In this document: positions 63,541 to 64,000 of the stretch, piece after piece
Layout: every line of letters starts with the position of its first letter
Numbering within the stretch: position 1 is the first letter of the stretch
Assembly: GCF_018977255.1 (NCBI RefSeq)
Contig: NW_024704743.1
Span: 22,754,001-22,818,000, forward strand
Length of the DNA stretch: 64,000 nucleotides
DNA from: Callorhinchus milii
Taxonomy: Eukaryota
Reading direction: 5' to 3'
Made by a program: the position numbers and the translations under genes
Notes under the pieces: model-generated
Told to the model about the DNA's origin: nothing
Seen by the model: only the letters and a program-made list of their open reading frames with translations
Database searches by the model: none

Positions 63541-64000
63541 GTGCTTTCATGTACTATAATACATAATACATTGTAGTCTTTCATAAGTCATGTACTTGGG
63601 CTTTGATTAAACTGCCCCTTATATACATCTCACGCTGGCACAGTGGTCAATTAACAAAGGATTTTTCACAACAGTGTGTGAACCCAAGACAAGAGCAAGA
63701 TAAAATAGTCTCAGCTAAAGTCTCGAATGAATAGTCTCAGTCTGGTCCTTGTGAATAATTATTTAATTCATTCAAGCAGTAGTGTCACCTATGTGTAATA
63801 CAATGAACTGACAAACCATCCTCAGATACAGGATCTAACACATTTCAGGGCAACTAATGTAGTAATGCAGAGAACGGGAGGTTTTGCCACCTCAAGATCT
63901 GGCAAGCACAGTGGTTACATTTTTAGATGACAACAGGGGAGAAGTGAACTGTGAAATTAGAGGAGGCAGCAGGATCTTACAAAAAAGGAGCTTGATAGGA

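Noticed and set aside
1-64000. CRISPR arrays, operons or prokaryotic defence systems
   Set aside because: Eukaryotic repeat-rich DNA with no repeat-spacer array or gene-dense region

Overview
Vertebrate nuclear DNA, AT-rich and CpG-depleted. The repeat make-up (tRNA-headed SINEs with L2-like tails, L2, CR1, DeuSINE-like and Penelope-like remnants) suggests a cartilaginous fish, probably a chimaera such as Callorhinchus. That assignment comes from recalled repeat families, not from a search. I could not recognise any host protein-coding exon: the only ORFs with recognisable products are L2 retrotransposon ORF2 fragments, and the window reads as intergenic or large-intron sequence with a high load of mobile-element debris. 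The left end (1-2.4 kb) holds a hexamer satellite, G-rich minisatellites, two assembly gaps and a probable divergent promoter with a perfect NF-kB site, a minus-strand splice donor, AP-1, ETS/IRF, CCAAT, GC and TATA motifs. Worth a second look: an unclassified structured poly(A)-tailed repeat family, several near-perfect palindromes, a candidate minus-strand spliced non-coding transcript (one exon has its acceptor inside a hairpin), decayed hammerhead-like cores, and modular/nested SINE-LINE architecture. I found no convincing evidence for a new multi-gene system. Repeat boundaries are approximate, read by eye.
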